Positions 1 to 11,101 are shown, numbered from the stretch's first letter. The stretch is DNA of 40,691 nt from Perkinsus chesapeaki ATCC PRA-425 (GCA_013115145.1 JAAPAO010000310.1:1-40691); one strand, 5' to 3'. The notes: generated by a model not told the origin, from the letters alone. A program made the numbers and translations.

Positions 1-28
1 TTTCCAAGCTGGTTCTGCGCATGAAACG

Positions 29-107
29 GTTTTCATTAGCTTAGTACGTTAAACCCATGGGCTTTCACTCGAGTGACCAAGGTTCGAATCCCACATCAAA
101 CATTTTT
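29..107 (+). pseudogene. Degenerate tRNA-like (Pol III type) element upstream of the first GALNT exon, presumably intronic
   Basis: A-box-like TAGCTTAGTACG (37-48), loop CT-TTC-AC (Glu-like anticodon), B-box GGTTCGAATCC (81-91), tRNA-length spacing to discriminator A102, then T5. Acceptor and T stems pair only partly, so not a functional tRNA. Confidence 0.55.
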
Positions 108-356
108 CGTTTTTTCTTTGAAGCCTTCAATGAGGCAGTCTCTATCAATATACAGTACAACACAAGCGAGCTCCGCCCCTTCGCACCGAAGATCTAGTTT
201 TTTAATGTTATTTCTTATTATTAATATTTTGCGATAGATAACGATTCATGGGGAGTCCAATAGATTTCGCGTACTGTAACATAATAATATTAATAAATTT
301 TATTAGTTATTTAAGCAGCTAAGTACTTTATGTTAAATATTTTTTCAAAAGAAAAA

Positions 357-386
357 TGGTGCTGGTGGGATTCGAACCCATGGCAG
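357..386 (-). pseudogene. tRNA 3' fragment (Leu/Ser-like T-arm plus acceptor strand) abutting a GALNT splice acceptor
   Basis: Minus strand CTGCC-ATGGG-TTCGAAT-CCCAC-CAGCACC-A followed by TTTTT: canonical T-arm, 7-nt acceptor strand, discriminator, terminator. No 5' half, because the GALNT exon begins at 387. Confidence 0.65.
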
Positions 387-3300
387 ATACGTCCCTATCA
401 TGTCCGGAGGTCTATTGGCAATGTCACGTCAATGGTGGAATGAGACAGGAGGATACGATACGAGAATGATTGGATGGGGAGGAGAGAATATTGATCAGAG
501 TCTTAGGATATGGCTGTGTGGTGGAGAAATTGTAATAATTTGGGGCGCAGTGACGGAGTGCTCGTAGGGGGGCACCGATTACGATCGACTGTGATGTGAA
601 AATAATATATAAATGGGATGAGGAAGAAGCGGAATAAACATTGAAATTTTTCCTTTGTGGGTATATTAAATACATATATTAGAACATTTATTTATAATAT
701 TATATTTTATATATTATTACCTATTAATTGAATAGTAACCATATATTAAATATACTCTATTTTTAGTTAACGGTGTGCACGCATGCACAAGGCAATATGA
801 TTCCTTTTTTAGGTGAATGCTCCCGATTCCTATGTAGCCCATATGTGGCGAGTTGCCAGCAATCCCAAGACGCGTCCAAAATATACAGTGCCGGGCGGGG
901 CTGTTGTTAATAATAGGTAGAAAGTCACTTGGTGGGGGAATTCAGTGGACTATTAAAATGAGCTTCCGTGAAGGGTGACCTTAGTGGCGCCCGCCGAATT
1001 TTTCAACCAATCCGCGCGTCAACCTAAGATTCCCCTACAGTCTCCTCTTCCTATATAGCTGTATTATCATTCAAAGCATGGAAGTTCACGGAAAGTCCAT
1101 AAGGAGAATTCGAGAAGTAAAAAAACTGTAGCGCAGTCACGGAGAAATATTTTCTTTTTTTTGCCCAAAAAATAAATTGAATATTTGTCAATGAAAATTT
1201 TGATTTCATTGTGATTTGTATCATATTCGGATTTCGCGGTAGTTTCTAGAAAATGTTACTGAGATAGCGAGACTCGATTATCTAGGCGAGCGCTTAATTT
1301 CGTGGCGAATCGTACAGATACCGAGCTGCTTCGGCGTGGTTTGATGATTGGATACAGAAGTTGGAGACTTTCCCGGCGTTCTCGGGTTATGGCACGGGCA
1401 AGAAACAGAAACCGGATATTAGTAGGTTTGAATATGGGATAGTAGGGCACAACATTGACTTGATTTGGGCTGACCTGCTGGTGTTGGGGACTTCAAACTA
1501 GCTCCTTTCCTAAATTCGAGTCGCTCAGTAGACGTTCGGGCCTAAGCAGCGCCAAGTAGGCACAATGACAGCCGTGACTGGGTTGAGTGTACTCTCTTTA
1601 ATAAGTTTTGTCATTACCGCAATAGCTCCGATTTTAGATCTGTTGTTGGTATTGAAATCAAATTATTGTATATAGTTGGTGAAAGACAGTGAACGCTGCG
1701 GGGATTGAATATGTTTTTGTCAGGCAATATTTTAGAAGTGAAAGAGCGACTGAAATGTAAACCGTTTGCATGGTTTTTGTACAGGTAATTTTTTGGAAAA
1801 TTTCGGAAAATTTAGAAAAGTTTTCCGCTTCAGATTCAGAGCCCTTTACTTTGATGCTGGTCTGGTCCCAAGTGAAGTTTTCCATTTACGTGATGAGAAC
1901 TCTGGTATGTGCTTGGAAGCGCGAGGTAAGAAAACTGGTAGGGAGAAAATCAGCAATGAAAATTTGGATCAACATTATTGCGGCAGTGGCATGCGCAACG
2001 GGGACGATGTTGCGCAGCAGCTGCTGCTGCTGGAGGGCCTATCTATGCTGTAGCTATTGGACCCGGAGTCCGGGTCCCGGACCAATGATAGAAAAGCTGG
2101 TTCACAATATCTTCGCCCTTGAGACCATAGTGAGCTTTACGATCGCCTCAAATGTTATTGGTCAACACCCGCTCGATAGAGCTCCAGCCAAAAGCGAAAA
2201 ACCAAGCAGACTTTGCATCATTCGTATGTTTCAGTGGTGTTACAGGGAGAAATTTTGGTATTAAGTGGAAAAATTTGAGGATAATTTCATAGAATTCTTG
2301 TCGATTTTATACCTGCCAACAAGGTGTCACGGTCACTCGGTGGGGAAGTTTTTTCGGGCTGTTTGAGGGCATTGTGGAAATGTTCCGACTTCCCAGCACA
2401 GCGTCGAGTCGATTGAGTAATAATGCTTACCAGCCTATTAGTGGCGGAGCGAAATAATGGCAAGATAAATAACTGATGTGTCGAGTTATTGAACTCCGGT
2501 GCACACTGTCAACTAACACTACTGTTTGGTCGTATTGGCAGAGGTAATGAGAGCATTGCTCCAAGGAACGGGGTTTACTCAACTTGAATCAACTCGAGAC
2601 ATACAAAACATATAAGGATTACTGTTATAAGCTTATATTAGATCAACTCGGTCAGACTGGGATAGTTGTTCTAAATGGTAGAAGGGCAGATTGTGCTAAT
2701 GTCCCTGTTAAGCAGAAGCTCTGTCGGAGAACCATCTGAAGCTAATGATCCCAAGACTGCTTGCGTGTAATCAGAAGGAGAGGATAAAAAGCCTATAATC
2801 GTCGACTAGCAACACATGACTCAGGAATATTGTTAGCAAATATTATGTCAACCGGCTAGCCTAAGTTTCATTTTGCTTATGGAGTATGAAATCTTGACCC
2901 GAGATCTCTGTGTCCAGAGTACCCGCGTCGCTCTCAGCTACGAACTGTCCTAGATCCCCCGGGCCAAGTGGGGTTCGGGCGTAAGCTGGGCATATCTTAG
3001 GAAACTTTTCCAGCATATCCTTGTACTCGTCCGAGTCCAGAGGCAGAGATAGAATAGCTTCCGGCTCATCTGGATCGATTACTGTAAATCCATGTGGTCA
3101 AATGGTTTGATGCTGCCGCCACAGGTGAACGTTATCTGCATACTCTTGGTGGGGGAGTCGACAACAACCCTGATGTTTATGAATGGCTTGTTCACGGTGT
3201 AATTGTATGTACCATCGTACGGTGGAGGTGGATTAACTTGTAGACTCCTTGATCCGTACTCCTTGAAGGTATAACCAGAAGCATGGTCCAATCCGATCGC

Positions 3301-6300
3301 AATGAAAATGGCCGATAAATTCATTTGAAAGGTTGAAAGCTGAACACCATGTAAATAACAAGTTAGAATCAAAGATAGAACTCAGATAATCAACTGCTTA
3401 GCTTTAGCGAATCTCGCCAAAGCTGCATCCTTTCGACGGCTCCGCGGGAGGCAGCTGATGTCTCCAATTTCTGGTCGTTTCCGAAAGCGGTTCTGCAAGG
3501 TTTCCGAAGTAGGCAGTTTCTTGAGTCGAGTATTTCGAATACCACATGAGTTACGTAGGCTAGCAGCGCTGGTTGTCTGCCCCATGTTTTGCCAAACGCA
3601 AGAACATGCAGTTAGGGGGCGGGACAAGGAGACCACTGGAGCCTCTCGCCATGGCGGGAGGAAGGCTCCCACTCGATCGGACCGACCGTGGGGCATGTGC
3701 CCACGCCATGGGGTGACGGAGAACTACCGCTAAATTCCTGCCATATTCTGTACAGTCATAGCTGTCGTAGATGAACCTTGTTCTATCGAGTTCAATCCCG
3801 AGACTAATCATACGAGACTAACAACGAGTTTTCGGTGACAGTTTTTTGCGCCAGGGTTAGAATTCACGTGACAGCATGTGCAGCACCGTTATTCGCAGAC
3901 TGACTTGCCCAACACTATAGGAGGACTGTGAAAGCATCTTAGCTTGGAAGGGAGGGGTATATGCATAGTCGAGTATTGCCAACACGAACGTTGTATTCGG
4001 TTGTTCCTATTGCTTACATCGTGGGTTCCTGGAGCCCGGCTCCACGGCATGATCTCGCCGCGCCGGTGTCACCGGTAGAGTTTTCATACGAGGTGCTATC
4101 AGAGTTTGGAGCCAGCACTGAATATAAGTATTTTGCAGTATACTCTTTACGTTTCTAACTTGTGCTGATATTTAGGGAACACAATTAGACCCAATGAATA
4201 ATTTAAACCCAATTAGGGCAACACAAACAAAATAGAATACCAAGTTTGGATGATCAGAATCTCATGCGACTCGTGTCACGAGCTGTATCGTACTGGAAGA
4301 ACGCCAAACGGTTTGGTTCAAATCTCGTCTGACAATTTGTAAGCTACACAAGGACTTATTATCCAATGATTGATCATCATTCAATTCATCGACCAGGTCG
4401 ATGACACAAGTGGCCGAACGAGTGGTGAATGCAGGTCGATTCGACCTCACGACTCGTCTTTAACGAGGGATATGCCCCGCGGTCATTTCACTTGTCTTCA
4501 GTCGACTGATTCAACTCAATACGCAACACAAATTGTGTTGTGTACTGAGTTAATTTGTATTGCGTTAGACAGTACTTTGGAACAGCCTTTTAAAAGTCAG
4601 AGAAATAGCTGCTATTAACGGTAACGAAGATCCCGTACAAAGAATAAGTGGTGTTCCAAGATCAGGGATCATTTCCCTGTTGGCCTGAGTTAGACTGTTC
4701 CAGATGGGGCAGGGTCATATTATGAAATTCAAATACGCCCTCGTTAGACCATCTAGTTTTATTGAAGTGGATTTAAATACTACAAATATAATGAAAGTTC
4801 TCCAATAACCGGTTTGCGTAAGGCTCTGAGCGAGCCCCGTGGAGCTAATGTCGATCAGCAGGAACCTCGACCAGAATCGTATTGAGAAGTAGAATGTCTC
4901 ACTCGTTGCTTCGTACTTTGACAAAACCTCCAGATCAGGTCAGACCAGGCCGCAAGGCTCCCGCGCGCGCGAGGGAGGACTGCCGCCGAAGGCCCCCAAA
5001 CGAGCTTGCCTGCATCGTGCGTGCAGGAAATCTTCGAGAAAGAGGGTAAAATATCGCGACACTTTTCAGAACAGTCACGATTCAGTACTAGTACTTGCCA
5101 GTCTATTATTGACCGCGAACGTCGAAACGGAATAATGGCAGCGCCATCATGGCAAGGTAGAGAAGTGATATGTGTCGAGTTATTTCACTCCGGATCCCAC
5201 TGTTAACTAACACTACTCGGAAATGCTGTCTGGACTCAAGTGGAGAACTACTAAGTCTCATGATCTCTTATATAAATCCTCATTCAGTCAAGTTAAGGCG
5301 TCGTAAAAACGGGTCATTGGGCCAGTATGCGTGCACCAGCACACACGCGCAACAAAAGGGAGCAGCTCTACAATAGAGCTGACGAATAATACTCGCCACC
5401 CAACATTGTAACTTGCTGTAACCGACCATTCTTTATTCTATCATGGGAAAAGATAACAAAGGAAAGAGTTGGACAGAACCATTGCACTTCAATGCTGCAA
5501 TTTTCACGAACTTAATGAGCGACATTTCGTGAACCATTTGACATGACTACTCTATAACTACCATATGCAGCAGGTGCAACTTCAAATAGGATGTCATGCT
5601 CTCGACTCCTTCTTTAGATCGACTGGAGCGTAGCCGAGGTTTGTAGACAGAATATGGTCGGCCATGTTAGCTACGAATTCCCCCAGATCACCCTTGTTCA
5701 GCGGTAGATCAGGGAAATCTGGGCAGAACCTAGTGAACTTCAGCAGCATATACTTGTACTCTTCAGACTCCAGATCGAGATCTAGACTGGTCTCCAACTG
5801 AGCTGGATTATGTTCCTCGAAATGGAAGGTGTGGTGATATTTTCCACCGTCACACTCGAACTTAATAAGCATAGTCTCATCGGCAGAATTGACAGCAATG
5901 ACAAGGTCCAGGTGAGGGTGCACCTCGCTGTAGGAGTATGTACCATCATAAGGCCGGGTATCTTCAAGTTGTTGAGGATAGCCATACTTCTCATAGGCGT
6001 AACCAGAAGTAAGAATGAACCCCATGAGAAGCATGAGAATAGCCGAGGAATTCATTTGATGGTATGAAAATTGATATGAAGCCCTACAAAGTCATTTGTT
6101 CTCGAAGACTAAAATATAAATCCCCGCTCCCCATAGCCCGGGACGTAGTTTGATAGCTGGGTGCCGCAGCTGTCGAGGAGACGGTCTAATAAAAACAGCT
6201 ATTGTCCCCCTTAACGGTTGTCTCCACTTTCTGGCCGCCACTCCAATGAGACTTGGCACGCGGTTCTCTGCGAAGCCTTCGAAGTAGCCAGCTTGTCAGC

Positions 6301-9300
6301 TACTGCCTAGTTCTCCCACTTGTTGCATGGCTCTCGGCGTAGTCAGAACCTGGAAGCCAGGGCATGAAGCCCTCGCCTTCTAGGGGACAAGAGCTCCTGG
6401 AAGAGCGCGCCGCCGCCGGGAGACAGGGACTCCCTGTCAGGGAGCCTTCGTCCGTTGCACCGTTGGGGATATCAGCTGTCGAATGCGGAACTGAGTGCCC
6501 TGAACTCGCCGTTAACTTCCTCCCGTGGTTTGCACAGTGGTAGGTCATCTATGAATGCTGCGATGTAAACGTTCATCCCAAGATGAACGGTAGGAGATTT
6601 ATTTGAGGGGAAAGGATGAGCGGGACAAATCTTTTAGCAATTGATTCAGCATATCGTTGTCCTCGTCTGATCCCGGAAGCACGCAAAGAAGAGCGCACCA
6701 CTCAGATCGAGTAAGTAGAGTGAAATTGAAGGTGCGGTCATATGGTTTGCCACCCTTGGTACAGCTAAACTTGACAGGTAGTCTCGGTGAGATTTTTGAC
6801 AAAAGCCGTAATGTATGAGTACGGCTTGCACCCGGGTGTGACATACCAGTGAGCTTTATTGTCTACCTTCTCTTGGAGTGAGCTTATGGAGCGCAGCTTG
6901 TGTGAGTGGCTGCTGCTATCCCCATCGCTGCTGCAACTTAGGCAAGACTGACCATCTTAAGTCTATGGCAACTGTAATGCAATACTCCATTTGATATATC
7001 GGTCTCCCGCATCGCCATTCAGCGACTCGCCAGGAGAGCTTGAGGCAAGCCATAGCTATGGACGAGCGACCTGTTCCGGATAAATGACCTCGCGATCTAT
7101 AGTTGTGCTCGTCCGAATATAAAACTGGCTTCTTATTTGAAAAGCTAATTTGATTTGACCCATCCATTAGAGTAGCTTGTCTCACATTTAGGGCAGTGGC
7201 TACTGCGACATGACTATCCCTGAATAAGTGAAGCTTTCCGGTGACCACAGTACGCGCGATCTAAAGTGCGGGTTTTGTGTCACCGGCATAACTTCTCGAC
7301 CAGACTACATGTCGACCTGAGATTTTGCACGGGCACTCTCCTAATATAGTTTTAATGTTAAAATGCTCCCCAGGTTAAGTTTTCTAAAATCGATTCTCGC
7401 TGCAGTTTTTTCCCATGCGCAAATGCCAGTCCAGGGTAAAACGGTTTCAAGTACCCGGATCGGCTCCGTAGTTAACTAGACGAGGGTGGAAAGATAATAA
7501 CCCCACACGTTCATTCTACACCGTTCCTTACACAGCTGACCTTTCATGAGGGCTCAGGAATAGCCTGGGAGTTGGCTTTCGCTCTTCCCCCTCATGTCTC
7601 GAATCCCATTGACATACCTCGGTCTACTGAGTAGAGGGTTAGATGTTTGCATTGAGTTTTAATACTTATCAATAAACTCTGGTGTCAATTCTAAGCCTTC
7701 GTTTTTCTAACCTGCATAGCAAATTTTTGGAACCGGACTTCATCCAGCCCGTCACGGGCTGCCCGTGCACTCAAGGCGCGTGCGGCAGAATCCGGGTACT
7801 ATTCGGTACTCTGCCTGCTGCAACCGAATCAGTTTATATATGTTACTAAACTTTAGATAGCACTAGGGTTAGCGAGTCCATGGTTCCGATTCATCAGATG
7901 CTACTGACGTGGTTCTAACGCAATGCTCGGAGAGCTCCAAGGGACAGCTCTGGCACAGAGGGAATCGCGATGGGAAGAAATGCTGCTCAGGCTTCCGGTA
8001 AGGGAGATATTTGTACCGACAATTTCAATTAAAAAAATCGCTGGAGTTCGGGTTTTGACGGGCTTGCCTCCCCGGACTGTACGCTGTTCATTATTCAGCA
8101 GCTATCCTTTATGGATCGATGAGCAAATATGAGAATTTGATAGACCTGCGTCGTGGTTGTCAGGAACTGGAACACGGATCAGTGCATATCGGCTGGGGGC
8201 CTCGGAGATGGGTTGAAGACTTACACGTGTAGCACCTACGGTGAATTCTGGGATCAATGGATCAAGCTGGATAATAAACAACTGTAAGGAAAAATGAAAA
8301 ACTTAATTATTTCCATGTGACTCTTTGGGGGTCTTCAACTGCATGCGGAAAAGATTTTTTTGGTCGCCTAGATCGACTGGGCAGGATTATTAAATTGTGA
8401 TTTAGATGGTCGTCGGCCCACAGCCAAGGCGAAGTGCATTTTTTTCTGAAAGCTCTTCATGTTTTTTTCAAAAATGCTCGGTGTTAAGTGCGGCTTTTCT
8501 CTGCCGTTTTATAGCGATATTTATCTGCCCTCGCGGAAGGTGCTCCTCAAAGATCAGATATTGCTCTCAGGATTTATTAGAGATTCCTGAACATGTCTCT
8601 AGAGGAGCCAAGAAAGCGTCGAATTTCGTATTCCTTCTGGGAAATTATGTCTCCCTGGTCTCCACATCGTTGATAACCTTTGTTGTTGTTGTTGTTGCTG
8701 TTGTTGAATCCTTTTCGCTTTTTTAGGAAATTATATTCTCAAAATCCTCGTGGTCGGAGTGGCTGCATCGGTGCTGAGCGAGAAAAAGGCGCTGAGGTCA
8801 CGATTGAGGACTGCGGCGTTCCCGGCTACAGACAAAGCTTCAGGGTGGGTATCTTTGCGCACTCGAAAGATTTTACAAGCGGCGTATCTTAGGTTGACCG
8901 GGAAACTGGAGGAATTATTGAAGTTGGCTCCGGTGAATGCCTTACTGCATCTCACGACCATTTTGAGTTGCTGCCCTGCGAGATCGACCCTGAATCGGGC
9001 AAGGTGAGCCCAGTCATGATTAATTTAGCGCGCGCCCGGGTGATCGATTGTACCAGGATACCGGTGTAGTAGTGATCGACGTCATTTTTTGTACACGGTC
9101 GGATATAGTCACGGCAGCGGTTATAGGTCGATGCGTCTCTAATGGCCAACGTCTATAAGATTTTTATATTGCGACTATAGTAAGATTCAGAAGTGAAGCG
9201 AATGTGAAACTGTCATAGGCTCCTAGTGTTTTCTAAGTGATAGACGAAACATGAACAGTGAAACGGCCAGTGATGGAATCGATCACCTGATCGATATGCG

Positions 9301-11101
9301 TTCAGGTTTTCGGTGAACAAGCCATCACCTTCACGGAGTTGAAGAGCAATCGATATCAACTTCGAGCCAGCGAAGTGGGGGAAGTGCCGCTTTGCGCGGA
9401 CAGTTCATCTGGAACGAAATTAGTTCTTTACTCGTGTTACAACCCAAAGGTAGGACTTTGACGTAAAAAGCGCGCGCCCAGTTGATCGATTAGATGAGAA
9501 ACAATAATCAAGAATGGGAGTTCCTGGAAAGGTTTTCTGATTTGGGATCGAATATCAAGTTTGGTGGGACGAAGTGTATGTCGGTTTTAGCTGGTGCGAA
9601 GACAACTCGGAAGGTAGGTATACAATCGATCACGTGATCGATTATGTGTATCAGGTATTCTACGACACTTGTGTGACTAATAATGGACTCCCCAAACCGG
9701 GTCAAAGGTTTGAGAAGGATTATTCAGGTAAATCGATTGCGCGATCGATTTGTATTTTTTTCTAGATTCTAAGTCTGAATTCGCCTTGCGGGACGGTAAC
9801 TGGTGTTTGGATGTAAATGAGGAAGGAGGAGTCCAAGTAGGGAGAATTTTTCCACTGGAAAAATTCATTTCTAAAATTTATACTTTTTTGCAATACTTGT
9901 AACGTATTCTGTTATTTTTTGCCTTTCTTCTATGGTCTGTTTCCTTGCTATTGCGGGAACAATTCCGATCTTTTGAAATTCAAGAATTCAATCCTTACGA
10001 TTTCTTTGCTCCATGGGTGCCAAGTTTCGAGTAATCGATCACGCGATCGATTATCGTATGAGGATGTGTTGATCAGGTTGCCTCTTGTGATGGCTCCAGC
10101 TCACAAAAATGGCGGAGCGAAGCTGATCAAATTTCCGCTCTCGTGAACATCGAAACTTCGATGTGCCTACAGGGAGACAAGGATGGTGATTTATCTATGT
10201 AAGCAGGTTGAATGACCGCGCGCCACGAAATATAAGCATTAGGCGATTGATAAGAGCGTATTGTTTTTTGCAAGATTTTGTGGCGCGCAAGAATGTGCAT
10301 TCAGTGTTTTTTCATGGGAAAAGTTTTGGGAATTTTCATTTTCCAGGTCATCATGCTCGTTTTCGCCTGGAGATTCTCAAAGATGGAATCTGGCTGAAAA
10401 CCTTGTTAGAGGCGGTGAGGAGGATGCGTGTATCGATTACAAACCGGTAAGATTATTAACTATTAATTATTTATGAACTATTAATTATATATCAATTATT
10501 AATTATTTATCAACTATTAATTATATATCAACTATTAATTATATATCAATTATTAATTATTTATCAACTATTAATTATATATTAACTATTAATTATATAT
10601 TAACTATTAATTATTTATCAACTATTAATTATGTTTTGACTATTAATTGTTTATCAACTATTAGTTATATATCAACTATTAATTATTTATTAACTATTAG
10701 TTATTTATTATTTTTCAATTATCAACAATTAGATCCACTTTCTCTTCAGGCATTCCCGTGAGAAACCTCTTAAGAAATGTTAATATTTTTTTGACGTTTA
10801 ATACTAGTTTCATAGTTCTCATCGAGAATTAATTTCGTGGCGCGGTGAAAAAGCATTATTATTGTTAGGTCCGAACGACACCGTTAAGCGTTGTCTCATG
10901 CCCTCGAGCAAGATCAATTAAATGGAGCATATATGAACCATTCGTAATAGCTAATGTTCGATATCGATCACGTGATCGATTTGGTTTTAGGAGCCTTTGG
11001 AGACTAGGTTGTACCGCGAGGCTCGCGGAAAATACCCGAAATTGCTTGCAGGAGAGGTTTCCCATACAGACGCTCCCGAAGGGAATATTATTGAAGTATA
11101 A
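387..11101 (+). CDS. GALNT: Polypeptide N-acetylgalactosaminyltransferase (GT27), 3' part; C-terminal half of catalytic domain plus ~9 ricin-B sub-repeats; 5' exons lie outside the window
   Basis: Exons with GT-AG boundaries and consistent phases: 387-531, 813-916, 1318-1421, 1724-1784, 1834-1925, 7898-7997, 8164-8283, 8727-8844, 8893-9003, 9306-9449, 9494-9613, 9655-9727, 9766-9836, 10077-10198, 10347-10446, 10869-10943, 10991-11101 (TAA). Translation includes YVPIMSGGLLAMSRQWWNETGGYDTRMIGWGGENIDQSLRIWLCGGEIVNAPDSYVAHMWR (Gal/GalNAc-T motif WGGEN...W.CGG...H), NRYRAASAWFD, LKCKPFAWFLYRF, then ricin repeats such as GMCLEARDATDVVLTQCSESSKGQLW and WCLDVNEEGGVQVASCDGSSSQKW. The exact last exon is the least certain part. 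Confidence 0.9.
2400..2525. repeat. Non-coding segment duplicated at ~5070-5220 (3' flank of family A copies 1 and 2)
   Basis: 2476-2523 vs 5170-5217 match at 42/48 nt; weaker similarity extends upstream (e.g. aataatggca in both). Confidence 0.75.
2861..3324 (-). pseudogene. Secreted-protein family A copy 1, frameshifted, nested in GALNT intron
   Basis: MNLSAIFIAIG...PPYDGTYNYTVNKPFINIRVVVDSPTKSMQITFTCGG stops at 3079; another frame continues ...LSLPLDSDEYKDMLEKFPKICPAY...PGDLGQF...LDTEISGQ...ET* (stop 2861-2863), colinear with 26841-27341. Span is 464 nt (not a multiple of 3), break near 3085-3095. Confidence 0.8.
5594..6055 (-). CDS. Secreted-protein family A copy 2 (153 aa, intronless, intact), nested in GALNT intron
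   Basis: Hydrophobic N-terminus MNSSAILMLLMGFILTSGYA; family motifs PYDGTY.Y, F.C.G, L.L..E.YK.ML..F...C, GDLG.F. Confidence 0.85.
   Translation of the reverse strand: MNSSAILMLLMGFILTSGYAYEKYGYPQQLEDTRPYDGTYSYSEVHPHLDLVIAVNSADETMLIKFECDGGKYHHTFHFEEHNPAQLETSLDLDLESEEYKYMLLKFTRFCPDFPDLPLNKGDLGEFVANMADHILSTNLGYAPVDLKKESRA
6570..6925 (-). pseudogene. Secreted-protein family A copy 3, heavily decayed
   Basis: KFSCTKGGKPYDRTFNFTLLTRSEW...GSDEDNDMLNQL aligns with TFTCGQTVRPYDHIFNFRVTGQGEW...DSDDYKDMLKQF of the intact copy; a KPY motif lies in another frame upstream; stops and frameshifts; boundaries approximate. Confidence 0.55.
9624..9643. repeat. Perfect 20-bp palindrome AATCGATCACGTGATCGATT (type copy of a dispersed intronic family)
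   Basis: Identical copy at 14106-14125; near-copies at 9278-9295, 9730-9751, 10032-10053, 10963-10980, 11197-11218; half-sites at 9040-9049, 9483-9491, 11541-11550, 12704-12713. Confidence 0.9.
10453..10710. repeat. AT-rich minisatellite, 18-nt unit AACTATTAATTAT(A/T)TATC, ~14 copies, in GALNT intron 10447-10868
   Basis: Directly visible tandem array. Confidence 0.9.

Noticed and set aside
357-374. TGGTGCTGGTGGGATTCG as an LTR-retrotransposon primer-binding site
   Set aside because: The TGG is the acceptor strand plus discriminator, not an added CCA; it is preceded by an A-run (Pol III terminator on the other strand) and no LTR, gag or pol is present.
1770-2264. 164-aa ORF, and the overlapping 95-aa ORF at 1766-2053, as stand-alone genes
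   Set aside because: They overlap GALNT exons 1724-1784 and 1834-1925; the 1766 frame contains the true exon and reads on into intron.
6300-6548. GC-rich stretch as a retroelement coding fragment
   Set aside because: All frames are interrupted and no RT, endonuclease or integrase motif is recognisable.
8750-9007. SEKKALRSRLR resembling the GalNAc-T SERKALRERL motif
   Set aside because: It is an alternative frame over ricin exons; the real equivalent (LEVKERLKCKPF) is at 1724-1784.
8372-9240. In-frame TAA/TAG in candidate exons suggesting stop-codon reassignment or a GALNT pseudogene
   Set aside because: Those segments fall inside introns 8284-8726 and 9004-9305; the final model is open throughout and other genes stop at normal codons.
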